Positions 1 through 11,969 of a DNA stretch of 64,000 nucleotides are shown piece by piece. The translations under genes were made by a program, and so were the position numbers. The stretch is from Octopus sinensis (taxonomy: Eukaryota). The stretch covers positions 52,266,001-52,330,000 of the forward strand of contig NC_042999.1 in the NCBI RefSeq assembly GCF_006345805.1, in the 5' to 3' direction. Every line of letters begins with the position of its first letter. Within the stretch, counting starts at the first letter, position 1. Below the pieces are notes generated by a model. The model did not search any database, was not told the DNA's origin, and saw only the letters and a program-made list of their open reading frames with translations.

Positions 1-2351
1 CAGAATACACCTATGAAAACAACATTCAATACATCGTAATTAACCAGAATACACCTATGAAAACAACATTCAATACATCGTAATTAACCAGAATACACCT
101 ATGAAAACAACATTCAATACATCGTAATTAACCAGAATACACCTATGAAAACAACATTCAATACATCGTAATTAACCAGAATACACCTATGAAAACAACA
201 TTCAATACATCGTAATTAACCAGAATACACCTATGAAAACAACATTCAATACATCGTAATTAACCAGAATACACCTATGAAAACAACATTCAATACATCG
301 TAATTAACCAGAATACACCTATGAAAACAACATTAAATACATCGTAATTAACCAGAATACACCTATGAAAACAACATTAAATACATCGTAATTAACCAGA
401 ATACACCTATGAAAACAACATTAAATACATCGTAATTAACCAGAATACACCTATGAAAACAACATTAAATACATCGTAATTAACCAGAATACACCTATGA
501 AAACAACATTAAATACATCGTAATTAACCAGAATACACCTATGAAAACAACATTCAATACATCGTAATTAACCAGAATACACCTATGAAAACAACATTCA
601 ATACATCGTAATTAACCAGAATACACCTATGAAAACAACATTAATACATCGTAATTAACCAGAATACACCTATGAAAACAACATTAAATACATCGTAATT
701 AACCAGAATACACCTATGAAAACAACATTAAATACATCGTAATTAACCAGAATACACCTATGAAAACAACATTAAATACATCGTAATTAACCAGAATACA
801 CCTATGAAAACAACATTCAATACATCGTAATTAACCAGAATACACCTATGAAAACAACATTCAATACATCGTAATTAACCAGAATACACCTATGAAAACA
901 ACATTCAATACATCGTAATTAACCAGAATACACCTATGAAAACAACATTAAATACATCGTAATTAACCAGAATACACCTATGAAAACAACATTAAATACA
1001 TCGTAATTAACCAGAATACACCTATGAAAACAACATTAAATACATCGTAATTAACCAGAATACACCTATGAAAACAACATTAAATACATCGTAATTAACC
1101 AGAATACACCTATGAAAACAACATTAAATACATCGTAATTAACCAGAATACACCTATGAAAACAACATTAAATACATCGTAATTAACCAGAATACACCTA
1201 TGAAAACAACATTAAATACATCGTAATTAACCAGAATACACCTATGAAAACAACATTAAATACATCGTAATTAACCAGAATACACCTATGAAAACAACAT
1301 TAAATACATCGTAATTAACCAGAATACACCTATGAAAACAACATTAAATACATCGTAATTAACCAGAATACACCTATGAAAACAACATTCAATACATCGT
1401 AATTAACCAGAATACACCTATGAAAACAACATTCAATACATCGTAATTAACCAGAATACACCTATGAAAACAACATTCAATACATCGTAATTAACCAGAA
1501 TACACCTATGAAAACAACATTCAATACATCGTAATTAACCAGAATACACCTATGAAAACAACATTAAATACATCGTAATTAACCAGAATACACCTATGAA
1601 AACAACATTAAATACATCGTAATTAACCAGAATACACCTATGAAAACAACATTAAATACATCGTAATTAACCAGAATACACCTATGAAAACAACATTAAA
1701 TACATCGTAATTAACCAGAATACACCTATGAAAACAACATTAAATACATCGTAATTAACCAGAATACACCTATGAAAACAACATTAAATACATCGTAATT
1801 AACCAGAATACACCTATGAAAACAACATTAAATACATCGTAATTAACCAGAATACACCTATGAAAACAACATTAAATACATCGTAATTAACCAGAATACA
1901 CCTATGAAAACAACATTAAATACATCGTAATTAACCAGAATACACCTATGAAAACAACATTCAATACATCGTAATTAACCAGAATACACCTATGAAAACA
2001 ACATTCAATACATCGTAATTAACCAGAATACACCTATGAAAACAACATTCAATACATCGTAATTAACCAGAATACACCTATGAAAACAACATTAAATACA
2101 TCGTAATTAACCAGAATACACCTATGAAAACAACATTCAATACATCGTAATTAACCAGAATACACCTATGAAAACAACATTCAATACATCGTAATTAACC
2201 AGAATACACCTATGAAAACAACATTCAATACATCGTAATTAACCAGAATACACCTATGAAAACAACATTAAATACATCGTAATTAACCAGAATACACCTA
2301 TGAAAACAACATTAAATACATCGTAATTAACCAGAATACACCTATGAAAAC
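1..2351 (+). repeat. 44-bp tandem satellite, about 53 copies, running off the window start
   Basis: Unit CAGAATACACCTATGAAAACAACATT(C/A)AATACATCGTAATTAAC; only one dimorphic site plus one 1-nt deletion (about 643). Confidence 0.98.
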
Positions 2352-2542
2352 GTATTTAATGTTGTTTTCATAGGTGTATTCTGGTTAATTACGATGTATT
2401 TAATGTTGTTTTCATAGGTGTATTCTGGTTAATTACGATGTATTTAATGTTGTTTTCATAGGTGTATTCTGGTTAATTACGATGTATTTAATGTTGTTTT
2501 CATAGGTGTATTCTGGTTAATTACGATGTATTTAATGTTGTT
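2352..2542 (-). repeat. Inverted block of the same 44-bp satellite (about 4.3 copies)
   Basis: GTATTTAATGTTGTTTTCATAGGTGTATTCTGGTTAATTACGAT repeats are the reverse complement of the A variant. Confidence 0.97.
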
Positions 2543-4896
2543 AGCAAAGGGAGATTTATCGTTATATGTTTTTAGGAGTTTTGGTTTATCATGGTTTTTT
2601 TAGGGAATTCGTGGTAATTTGTCTATTTTCGATGTTGGTTGTTTTATTACATTGTTTCATTCATAATTTTTGAGTGGTGTTCGTTTTGCCACGTGAATAA
2701 CCGGGAGGTGGACTAGCGTTGTTTGGAATTGTGAATGGAATAGTGTAGTAGTGAGGTAGGCATAGAGAATGGGTTTGGGTTACTGCAAGTTGTTTGTTAG
2801 TCTTTTTTTACATAAGTTATTTCTATGGTAACGTAATTTTGGTTTGATTTTTTAACGGCTAAGATGTCATATTGTTATTTTTGATATTCTGGTTATTACG
2901 ATGTATTTAATGTTGTTTTCATAGGAGTGTTTATGTATATGAGATTGTGTGCGAGATTTTAGTTGTATAATTTATTTATCTGTATGAGTGTGGGTGTGTA
3001 AATATTGTTGTATATATTGAGTTTAGTGAGTATGTATATGCGTATATGTGAGGGAGTATATGTATCTGTTGTGTGTGTGTGTTTTGTGTGTGTGTGTGTT
3101 TGTGTGTGAATGTGTATATGGGTTTGTTATTTAGGTTTTGGGATGTATGAGTTAATTTGTCTGTGTGGGAGGGAGTGGGTTTTGGTGTATATGGAGGTTT
3201 ATAAGTTAGTTTAGGTATGTGTATAAGTCGTGGGTCTGTGGTTTACGTGTGTGTTTGTGTGTGAATGTTTAGGTTAGGGGGATTACTATATAGGTTTGTT
3301 ATAGAGTTTAGCAAAGGGAGATTTTATCGTTATATGTTTTTTAAGAGTTTTGGTTTATCATGGTTTTTTTTAGGGAATTCGTAGTAATTTGTCTATTTTC
3401 GATGTTGGTTGTTTTATTATATTGTTTCATTCATAATTTTTGAGTGGTGTTCGTTTTGCCACGTGAATTTTATTTTTAATTCCATTTATTCCATTTCTCC
3501 ATTCATTAATTTAGAGATGTTCGTTTCCAGAGCGGTTATACTTTTTATATATATGTTAAGTTCCTTGGTAAAGTAATTTTGTTTGGTGTATATGTTGAGG
3601 CTTATATGTACTTCTGGGTGTGTGTGAGTGGGGTGGGAGTTTGTAGTTGTTATGGGTGTGTGGTTTACGAGTGGTTTTGTGTGTGAATGTATAGGTTAAA
3701 GGAATTGCTATATAAGTATGTTTTAGTGTTTAGTAAAGGGAGGTTTTATCATTTCTGTTTTGTGAGTTTTAGCTTATCATGGTAGTTTTATAAAAGAATC
3801 TATTCATAATTTTTGTGTTTATTTGTCTGTGTGGGGTTGAGTGGGTTTTTGGAGTATATGTTGAGGTTTATATGTATGTATTGGTATGTGTAAGTGGTGT
3901 GGGTATTTGTATATGTCGTGGGTGTGTGGTTTACGTGTGTGTATTTGTGTGTGAATGTTTAGCTTAGGGGGATTGCTATATAGGTTTGTTATAGAGTTTA
4001 GTAAAGGGAGATTTTATCATTATATGTTTTTATGAGTTTTGGTTATCATGGTAGGTTTGATAAGGAATTTGTAGTAATTTGTGTCTATTTGCGATGTCTG
4101 TTGTTTTATTGCATTGTTTCATTCATAATTTTTAAGTAGTGTTCGTTTTACCAAGTGAATATAATTTTTAATTCCATTTATTCCATTTCTCCGTTCATAG
4201 TTTTGAGTGATGTCCGTTTTCTAGAGCGTGAATGTGGGTTGTATGTGTGTGTGTGTGGGAGTATGAATAAGTATTGTGTTGAAGTATTTAGCTATTTTAT
4301 TTATTTATAGTTGCCTAGACATTTTTATGTGTATGTATAGGGATATATATATAGGTGTGTGATTTAGTGTATGTAGTTAGATATGGTTATATATAATTAG
4401 GTATATGCGTATGGGTGTATATATAGTTTATTATTATATTATTATTATTTTTTTTGTTTTGTTTTATATTTTATATTTTATATTTTATATTTTATATTTT
4501 ATATTTTATATTTAATTGTTGATAGGTTTTTTTAGTTTATATATTGTTTATATATTGTTTATATATGGATTATAGATAGGTTATATATGGATTATATACT
4601 TATATTTTTTCATTCATACTTTAATTATTTAAAAATTATTATTTTTATATTTTAAAATATTGATTTTTTAGATTGGAAGTCCACCTGAAGATTGTCGATC
4701 AAGACAAGAAACGATTGTAGTGGCGGTTTTTTTGACTATTTATTAAAATTTTATGTATTAATTAAGTCTTTCCTTGTTTGTTTTGCAAAATAGTGGTTTT
4801 GTCTCGAATAATATTTTATAATATTTTACTATAAAATCGATTTAATCCTAAATCTGATTTTTTCCCTGTAAATTTGGATTTATTCCCTAATATTTA

Positions 4897-4900
<4 letters not shown>
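2543..4900. mobile_element. Degenerate Penelope-like element relic with internal duplications and a terminal HHR
   Basis: G/T-skewed; block AG(C/T)AAAGGGAG..TTTATC recurs at about 2543, 3310, 3732 and 4000; HHR at 4681; ends in (TA)n; a reverse copy of its terminus lies at about 33250-33300. Confidence 0.55.
4681..4723 (+). ncRNA. Minimal type I hammerhead ribozyme (Penelope-type)
   Basis: CCAC-CTGAAGA-TTGTC-gatcaa-GACAA-GAAAC-gatt-GTA^-GTGG: stem I CCAC/GTGG, perfect 5-bp stem II, short near-palindromic stem III. Confidence 0.8.
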
Positions 4901-4940
<40 letters not shown>

Positions 4941-5089
4941 TAAATATTATATATTACATTATGTGTTACATATATACACTGTATATCATATTACTTATAC
5001 TTATATTAATTAGATAAAATTCGGCAGTTGTTGGCGCAGGCCATATCTAATTTAATAACACTACCTGGAGGAGATACACAATCAGTTCT

Positions 5090-5690
5090 TGGGCACCATA
5101 GCCCATTCGAGCAGAGAGTTATGGTTTTCAGACACATATCCTGATGTGGGTGGTTTGTCTGGTATTTATTGGATGTAATCATCTAGGAACCACTTGAATG
5201 CTGCGAAATGACTTTCCTCCTTTACGTAGGCTGGCACGATGTGCAAGACAGCAGGGCCAGTTGAGGTGAAATAGTTCTGTCGTAGTATTGTGATACGAAC
5301 ATGATTTCTGTAGTGGAAGGATGGCACAGGGTCCAAGCCTCAGATGAATTTTAAAGATGATATCGATATCATTTGGGCAATATTGATGGAATATTTTCTA
5401 CATCATACAGATGAGATAGCGTTCACGGCGGTGTTTGAGAGAGTAAAGCCTGAGCTTTTTGAGTCGATTCTAATAGTCAAGGCTTGTCATGTCGTCTATT
5501 TTTTAGTGATCGTTCTCTGGAGAGCTTCAATTTTTTATAATATCCTGTATCGTGTGGGAGCACCACAGCGAACAACAGTATTCAAGGTGAGGGCGAGCAA
5601 AAGTAGAGAAAAAGTAGGATAATGGTAGGGGCGTCTCTACACCGGAAAGTCCAGAGGATCCAGGAACACGCCCTACGTTGCGTGTATCAT
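5090..5690 (-). mobile_element. CR1-clade LINE ORF2 C-terminal relic
   Basis: Frameshifted translation gives RPHLEYCCSLW...IEALQR...RLKKLRLYSLKHRRER...IPDKPPTSGY...NSLLEW, with stops. Confidence 0.8.
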
Positions 5691-6364
5691 GAATTTAGGA
5701 GTGAAATCTTGTGCTCACCTTTGAAGTGAAGTCAGTTGTGTGATTCGATCACGTGTTGCTACGTGTCCGACGATGAAGTATTGGTGTAAAATTTCCATTA
5801 AATATCCCCCTACTTCGACACTGGCTCTGCATTAAAAGCCATGAAAATAAATAAATACATTGTTATTAATCACTTTTTCTCCTTCATTTTATTGCTGTCG
5901 TTTCGTTAAGTTCCTCTTTCAACACAGATAATATAAAACCAGATATAATTCAGTCAGTGAAATATGGTGAAATTCATATGGAGCGACACTTCAGCAGAAA
6001 TAAAACATTCCCAAAGAGTAAATAAACATAAGTAGTAGATTGGATGGACTTCGTTTTCTTATGTTAATCAGAAACAATACACGAATTTTACTGGGTTTGA
6101 ACACTACATGTTGTTCATAATAATGATATACAGCCAAATATATAGCAGGTTTAACTTAGACAAGAATCATTTATTTATCAATGTTTTAGTCGTGTTAGAG
6201 ATTATTGCGGCAATTAGAAATGTAGCCGAGTGTTATTACCACCGCTGTTCTCATTTTGAGCATCTGATTGTTTTTCTCACAGCACAATCAATCATGTTTC
6301 TGAGTTACACATTAAACCAGAGAGTTTGAGGTGGTTGGGGTCATTGGATATCATCGACCATAAC

Positions 6365-6740
6365 ACGTGATTGATACTTTATTTTATTGATCCGAGAAAG
6401 AAAAAAAGATACTTTATATCATTGATCCCGGAAGGAAAAAAAGTACTTTATTTTATCTATCCCGGAAGGAATAGAGGTATTTTATTTTATTGATCCCAGA
6501 AGGAAAAAAGTACTTCATTTTATATATCCCGGAAGAAAAAAAGGTACTTCATTTTATTGATCGTGAAGGAAAACAGGTACTTCATTTTATATATCCCAGA
6601 AGGAAAAAAGGTACTTCATTTTATTGATCCCGGAAGAAAAAAAGGTACTTCATTTGATTGATCGCGAAGGAAAAAGGTACTTCATTTTATTGATTCGGGA
6701 AAGAAAATTGAAATTCATTTTATTGATCCTCGAGGTAAAA
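6365..6740 (+). repeat. Degenerate minisatellite of about 33 bp (GGTACTTCATTTTATTGATCCCGGAAGGAAAAAA, about 11 units), SINE-derived
   Basis: The unit resembles the SINE segment GGTACTTATTTAATCGACCCCGAAAGGATGAAAGG at about 11025-11060. Confidence 0.75.
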
Positions 6741-7756
6741 AACGTATCTGAACTTAAAAATGTAAAACCAGAACAAATACAATAAAACCCTTTTTCTGGT
6801 ACAGTAACGAATACCCCATCTTGATCATATTGTTGTCATTATTTATTTTTGTATGCTTTAGATATAACATAATGGATTATGGTAACAGGGTCCCTTTTAT
6901 AATCTAAATTGGCGCATGCAGTTTACGCTCTAGTTATATTTTTGGACAGCTGAGAAGAAAAAGTTCATACCAGAAAACATCGTTCTATGACGACCTCAGA
7001 TTTAGGAAATACTGACTCAACCCCGGCAGAATTTGATCTCTGTGCTAGCGGTGGGGTGTGGGGGGGAGGTCTGCTAATACTTTTGTTTACACCAATAATC
7101 TACTGGAAGACGGTTGATTACATGAACCAAGGTCAGCTCACAAGAAAAGATAGAAGAAAAGTCTCACTTATTAATTCTTGTAGGATTTCATCATAAAGGT
7201 CAGAGGTTGTGTTGCCTGAAAATACTGCATTCATCGGGAGAAAGAGGGGGAAAGCAGAGAGAGGGGTGAAGAGAGATATAGTGAGAAGGAGAAAGAGAGA
7301 GAGTGAGAGAGAGGGGAAGAGAGAGAGAAAGAGAGAGATCTTCTTATGAGCTAATGTAAATGTCAACATTCAATTATCTGACGTTGGAATTTGTTCTTCG
7401 GTAGAATTTGCCGATGCTATTGGCCTACTGTTTTGGTTACATATCTCTCCTGTGAAATCTCCTTCATCCTATTTACTATTTACTAATTCTGAAGTGTTTT
7501 GTATGTTTTTTTGCCTAATCCGAGCCTGTCACCTCATTCTTAGCCAATTCACCCCTCCACTCCACTGCACACATCATCCACCCGGCAGAAACTAATTTAA
7601 ACAGGTTGAAGTAGAAACAGCTGGTAAAATTTCACTTGATTCATTTTGCAAATAAACTTCACATCTGTCTTTCTTGATTAGCCGTGCATTATACATTCAG
7701 ACGTACATATTTATTTATTTAATTATCTATCTATTTATTCATTTATTTATTTATAT

Positions 7757-7771
7757 GTCTGTCTGTCTGTG

Positions 7772-7836
<65 letters not shown>

Positions 7837-7913
7837 ATCTCTCTGTCTGCCTGCCTGCCTGTCTGCCTATCTGTCTGTCTGTCTGCCTATCTGTGTGTCT
7901 GTTTGTCTGTCTG

Positions 7914-7976
<63 letters not shown>

Positions 7977-7994
7977 ATCTATCTATCTACCTAC

Positions 7995-8059
<65 letters not shown>

Positions 8060-8070
8060 AATCTATCTAT
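7757..8070. repeat. (TATC)n/(TGTC)n microsatellite
   Basis: Read directly; the YLSI ORFs here are artefacts of it. Confidence 0.97.
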
Positions 8071-9400
8071 GGTCAGGCGATCCATTTGCTGTCAACACCC
8101 GTTAAAAGGAGGGCTGGGCATGTCGTGGTTGATAATGCGCAGACACGCGCTGAGACTGCGACATCTCCGGCTCTATGTAGACGACGGTGAACAGGTGTGG
8201 TCGCCGTTTGTGAGGCACGCATTCCCGCAACTCGTCTCCATGACCGAACTACAGTCGTGGATCAAAAAGAGGCCGAAGAAGGGCGAATGGCACCGCGAGT
8301 GTCGCGTTGCTCTCAAGCAACTCTGCCGTCCTGGGTCGACCTTGAGTGACTTCAACACAACCAAAGCATTCTATAGGGGATTAGTGGAGGGGAGGTACGA
8401 CGACGAGCTCGGGGCAAACCTGGGCGTCGACGAGGAATACCTGACCCGCCTGTTTCAAACGACTTTCGGCCCGGGACCTATGGACAACTTCCAGAGATCC
8501 CTGGCCTGGCGGTGCTACCGAGAAGCGCTACCCGTTCGGGATAAGCTCTATAGGCATGGCTCGAGAAACACGGGGCCGACCTGCCCGAGATGCGGGCAGA
8601 GCGACGAAACCGCTCTGCACGCAATCGTGCAGTGTCCAGCAATTTCCCACCTGTGGGCTTATGTCGAACAACTGCTGTCACGTGTGGGACGTGTCGGTTT
8701 ATCAGCCGAGTCTATCGTTAATATCGTCACGCCTCCTTCCTTCAAACGGGAAGGAAGAGCTATTTTTATCATACTTGTGGCTATGGCGAAAGAATGTATC
8801 TGGTGGACGCGTCTGAAAGGATTAGAGACAAACACTTTCCTCTCTGGTCAATCTCTCATCAACTTCTTCAAGTATCACTTGAAGAAAAAAGTGAGAGTAG
8901 AGAGGCAAGTTTTGTCTAGTGAATGTTTTAAAAAAAGATGGGTGAATGTAGCAAGGATGGCACGTATGAATGACGAAGCCACCTTGACTATGATTCTATG
9001 AACCGTAAAAATTAATACAGAGAGTTGCTTATTTGCAATAAAAAAAAAAAAAAAGAAATATAACATGTGACTTCATTGACCGAGGTTACCGTGGTCTTTT
9101 CCGTAGGCTTTTCTTTCCACGGATAAACCTCACCTGTCCTCCCCTTTACACTTCATATTGACATTTCTGTGATAACGATCCCTATTGATCAATTTTTTCC
9201 TCTCCCCCTTTTTTTAACCCCCCCTTTTTTTTGTCCTCTTTCTCTCCTTTTACGATCCCTTTTGATCGACCCCCCCTTTTTTATTTTTATTATTTTTTTT
9301 TTATTTATTTATTTTTTTTTATTTTTTAAACCTTCAAAAGAAAAGCTCTACCTTGTAATTTGTTCTATCTGTGTGCAGCCCTGTGTGGCTAATAAAGAAA
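8071..9400 (+). mobile_element. 5'-truncated Tx1/L1-clade LINE; open ORF2 C-terminus (8071-9001) with zf-RVT
   Basis: GGLG...TKAFY...[13 protein letters not shown]...[19 protein letters not shown]...AKECIWWTR, about 310 codons without a stop; AATAAA at 9391; (TATC)n on both sides. Confidence 0.88.
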
Positions 9401-9401
9401 C

Positions 9402-9431
9402 ATATCTATCTATCTATCTATCTATCTATAA

Positions 9432-9480
<49 letters not shown>

Positions 9481-9489
9481 CCTATCTAC

Positions 9490-9545
<56 letters not shown>
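9402..9545. repeat. (TATC)n microsatellite
   Basis: Read directly. Confidence 0.97.
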
Positions 9546-10365
9546 GTGTGTGTGAGTGTGCAATTTCGTGTATGTATACATATACGTATACTTACATACG
9601 CGCACACACACATATTTATATGACCGTCGATTTTTATTTTGTTATATTTCGGGTTGGTAATTTTTCCTTTGCCAAATAAACACACGCCATATATATTCGT
9701 TCTTCACTCGTTGTTATTGTTTTTATTTTTTATGATGTCCATTGTCTGGGAATCTTTCGTCACACATCAGTTACCTCTTCAGTGACACATCTATCCACGT
9801 GTATCGTCTCGCTCCGCCCAGTTCATTCTGTTCTTGTATGATGTGTATCCTTATCTGAGCACTGTGTGTGTTTGTGTACTTGGTGTGTGTGTACGTACGT
9901 GCACACGTGCGTGTGAATACTCGTGTCTATGCATTTGGCATGTATACTTGTGTGTGTATATGGGTTTGCTCACTACCCTTGTTTGTACCCGTACCCTTTA
10001 TATTGTTGCTGTTAACGTTATTGTCGCTGTTCTTAGTGGGATCATTACTTGGTGTGTTGACCTTCTCCTCGCCTATATTTTCTCTCCTGTTCTTGCTACT
10101 ACAACTACTGCTGCTGCTGCTGCTACTGTTCTTGACCTTTATTTTGATATTGTTCTTGTATCTGTTTTTGTTTGTATTCGTCCATGTCATTGTGACTGTT
10201 GTTATTGCTGTTGCTGTTCGTGTTGTTGCAGCCGTTTGTGAAGTTACTGTATGTGTTTGTGTGTGTGTATGTGTGTGTATTGATTTGCTTTCTATATTAT
10301 TTATAGCCGTGCCCTTTTATATATATATATATATATATTTGCTTACTTATGTCTATTTCAGTGAA

Positions 10366-10693
10366 GGCGCATTGCTCAGTGGTTAGAGCGTCGAGCTTAC
10401 GATCGTGAGGTTGTCAGTTCGAATCCCGGACCCGGCTGCGTATTGTGTTCTTGAGTACTTTATTTCACGTTGCTCCAGTTCACTCAGCTGTAGAAATGAG
10501 TTGCGACGTCATAGGTGCCAAGCTGTATCGGCCCCTTTGCCTTTCCCTTGGATAACACTGGTGGCGTGGAGAGGAGAGGCCGGTATGCATGGGCGACTGC
10601 TGGTTTTCCATAAACAACTTTGCCCGGACTTGTGCCTGGGAGGGTAACTTTCTAGGTGCAATCCCATGGTCAGTCATGACCGAAGGGGATCTC
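10366..10693 (+). mobile_element. tRNA-derived SINE (family A)
   Basis: A box TTGCTCAGTGG and B box GTTCGAATCC, followed by a non-tRNA body (TTTCACGTTGCTCCAGTTCACTCAGCTG); related decayed copy at about 61848-62108. Confidence 0.8.
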
Positions 10694-10929
10694 AGCAGCA
10701 ACATGTCTATTTCTTATATTTCACCATAAGTATGTGCATGTTTGTATTGTTTGTATCTGTGTCTTTTCTCCTGTCTTTAGTCGCCGTCTTGCGTAGTGTG
10801 GTGGTGGTAGTGGTGTGTGTGTTATTGTTCCATTCATGTTTTCTGTTGAGGCTCAGTCTCTCTATTACTATGTCTGTGACTTTCATAATCTGTCTTAGTG
10901 TCGTGTCTATTCTATGCGTTGATAATACC

Positions 10930-11163
10930 CATTTCTTTACTATCCACAAGGAGCTAAACACAGAGGTGACAAACAAGGACAGACAAACGGATTAAGTCGA
11001 TTACATCGACTCCAGTACGTAACTGGTACTTATTTAATCGACCCCGAAAGGATGAAAGGCAACGTCGACCTCAGCGGAATTTGAACTCACAACGTAACGG
11101 CAGACGAAATACCGCTAAGCATTTCGCCCGGCGTGCTAACGTTTCTGCCAGCTCGCCGCCTTA
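10930..11163 (-). mobile_element. Octopus-type SINE (family B) with 16-bp TSD
   Basis: Head GGCGGCGAGCTGGCAGAAACGTTAGCACG...GAGTTCAAATTCCGC; TSD ATGCGTTGATAATACC at 10914-10929 and 11164-11179. Confidence 0.9.
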
Positions 11164-11890
11164 ATGCGTTGATAATACCGTTACCTCTATGTTATTACCC
11201 GAGCCTCTTTGTTCTACTAGAGCAAGTTGGTAAAGCACTGACAAGTTTTTCTCCTCTTTGAACACCCGCCAGTGTCATTCCTCTATGCTACATGACGTTT
11301 TCCCATTGTAAGCTGTTGTCTTGTTTCTGCACCGTCATTCACTACACTATAAGCTATAGACTACAATCTTACAGTTAACCTGTAAAATTGTGTTTTCTTG
11401 TTGTGATGAAGGTGTTGATGCTTTTTATGTTCGGTTTTGTGACGGATTTTGTTTTTACCGTTGTGTTTTATGGCCTTCAATTTGGGTCAGCTTCTATTTA
11501 TTTCAGTTTCAGTCTTACTCTTGTCTCCGATAATGACTCTATGGTGCGATTTCAACGAGGTCTTTGCTTTTGTGTGGCCTGGGTAGGAGGAAAGAGGCAG
11601 ATGTGAGCTAGTTGTAGCTTTCACACCTTAAGGATTTAGTAGCAACAGTGGAGAGCTTCGTGATTTTTCAATCACTGGGCAAGAGGTATTGAGGTGGTTC
11701 GTATTCTCCTATAGGAAACATTTCACGTTTTTACTTTCTATAAAAATCGGCATCTGTTCTCATTTGGCCAGGCAGGAAAAATATCGGGAATACGCTTTAT
11801 TTCTTCTGGAGAAATTAGTATACGGAATTCCATAAGAATTCCAGTCCTGATGAGTTGGGAGCTGCACTTCACCTCCACAATCTCCCCATG

Positions 11891-11969
<79 letters not shown>

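Noticed and set aside
1-2542. CRISPR-like array
   Set aside because: Units are head-to-tail with no unique spacers, there are no cas genes, and the context is eukaryotic; it is a satellite.
7769-8070. YLSI-repeat N-terminus of the 410-aa ORF
   Set aside because: In-frame read-through of (TATC)n; only the part from 8071 is real LINE ORF2.
10366-10445. tRNA gene
   Set aside because: A and B boxes are present, but there is no closing acceptor stem and it continues into a SINE body.
11843-11893. CTGATGA followed by a weak stem
   Set aside because: No GAAA half before the (TA)n tract; at most a truncated relic.
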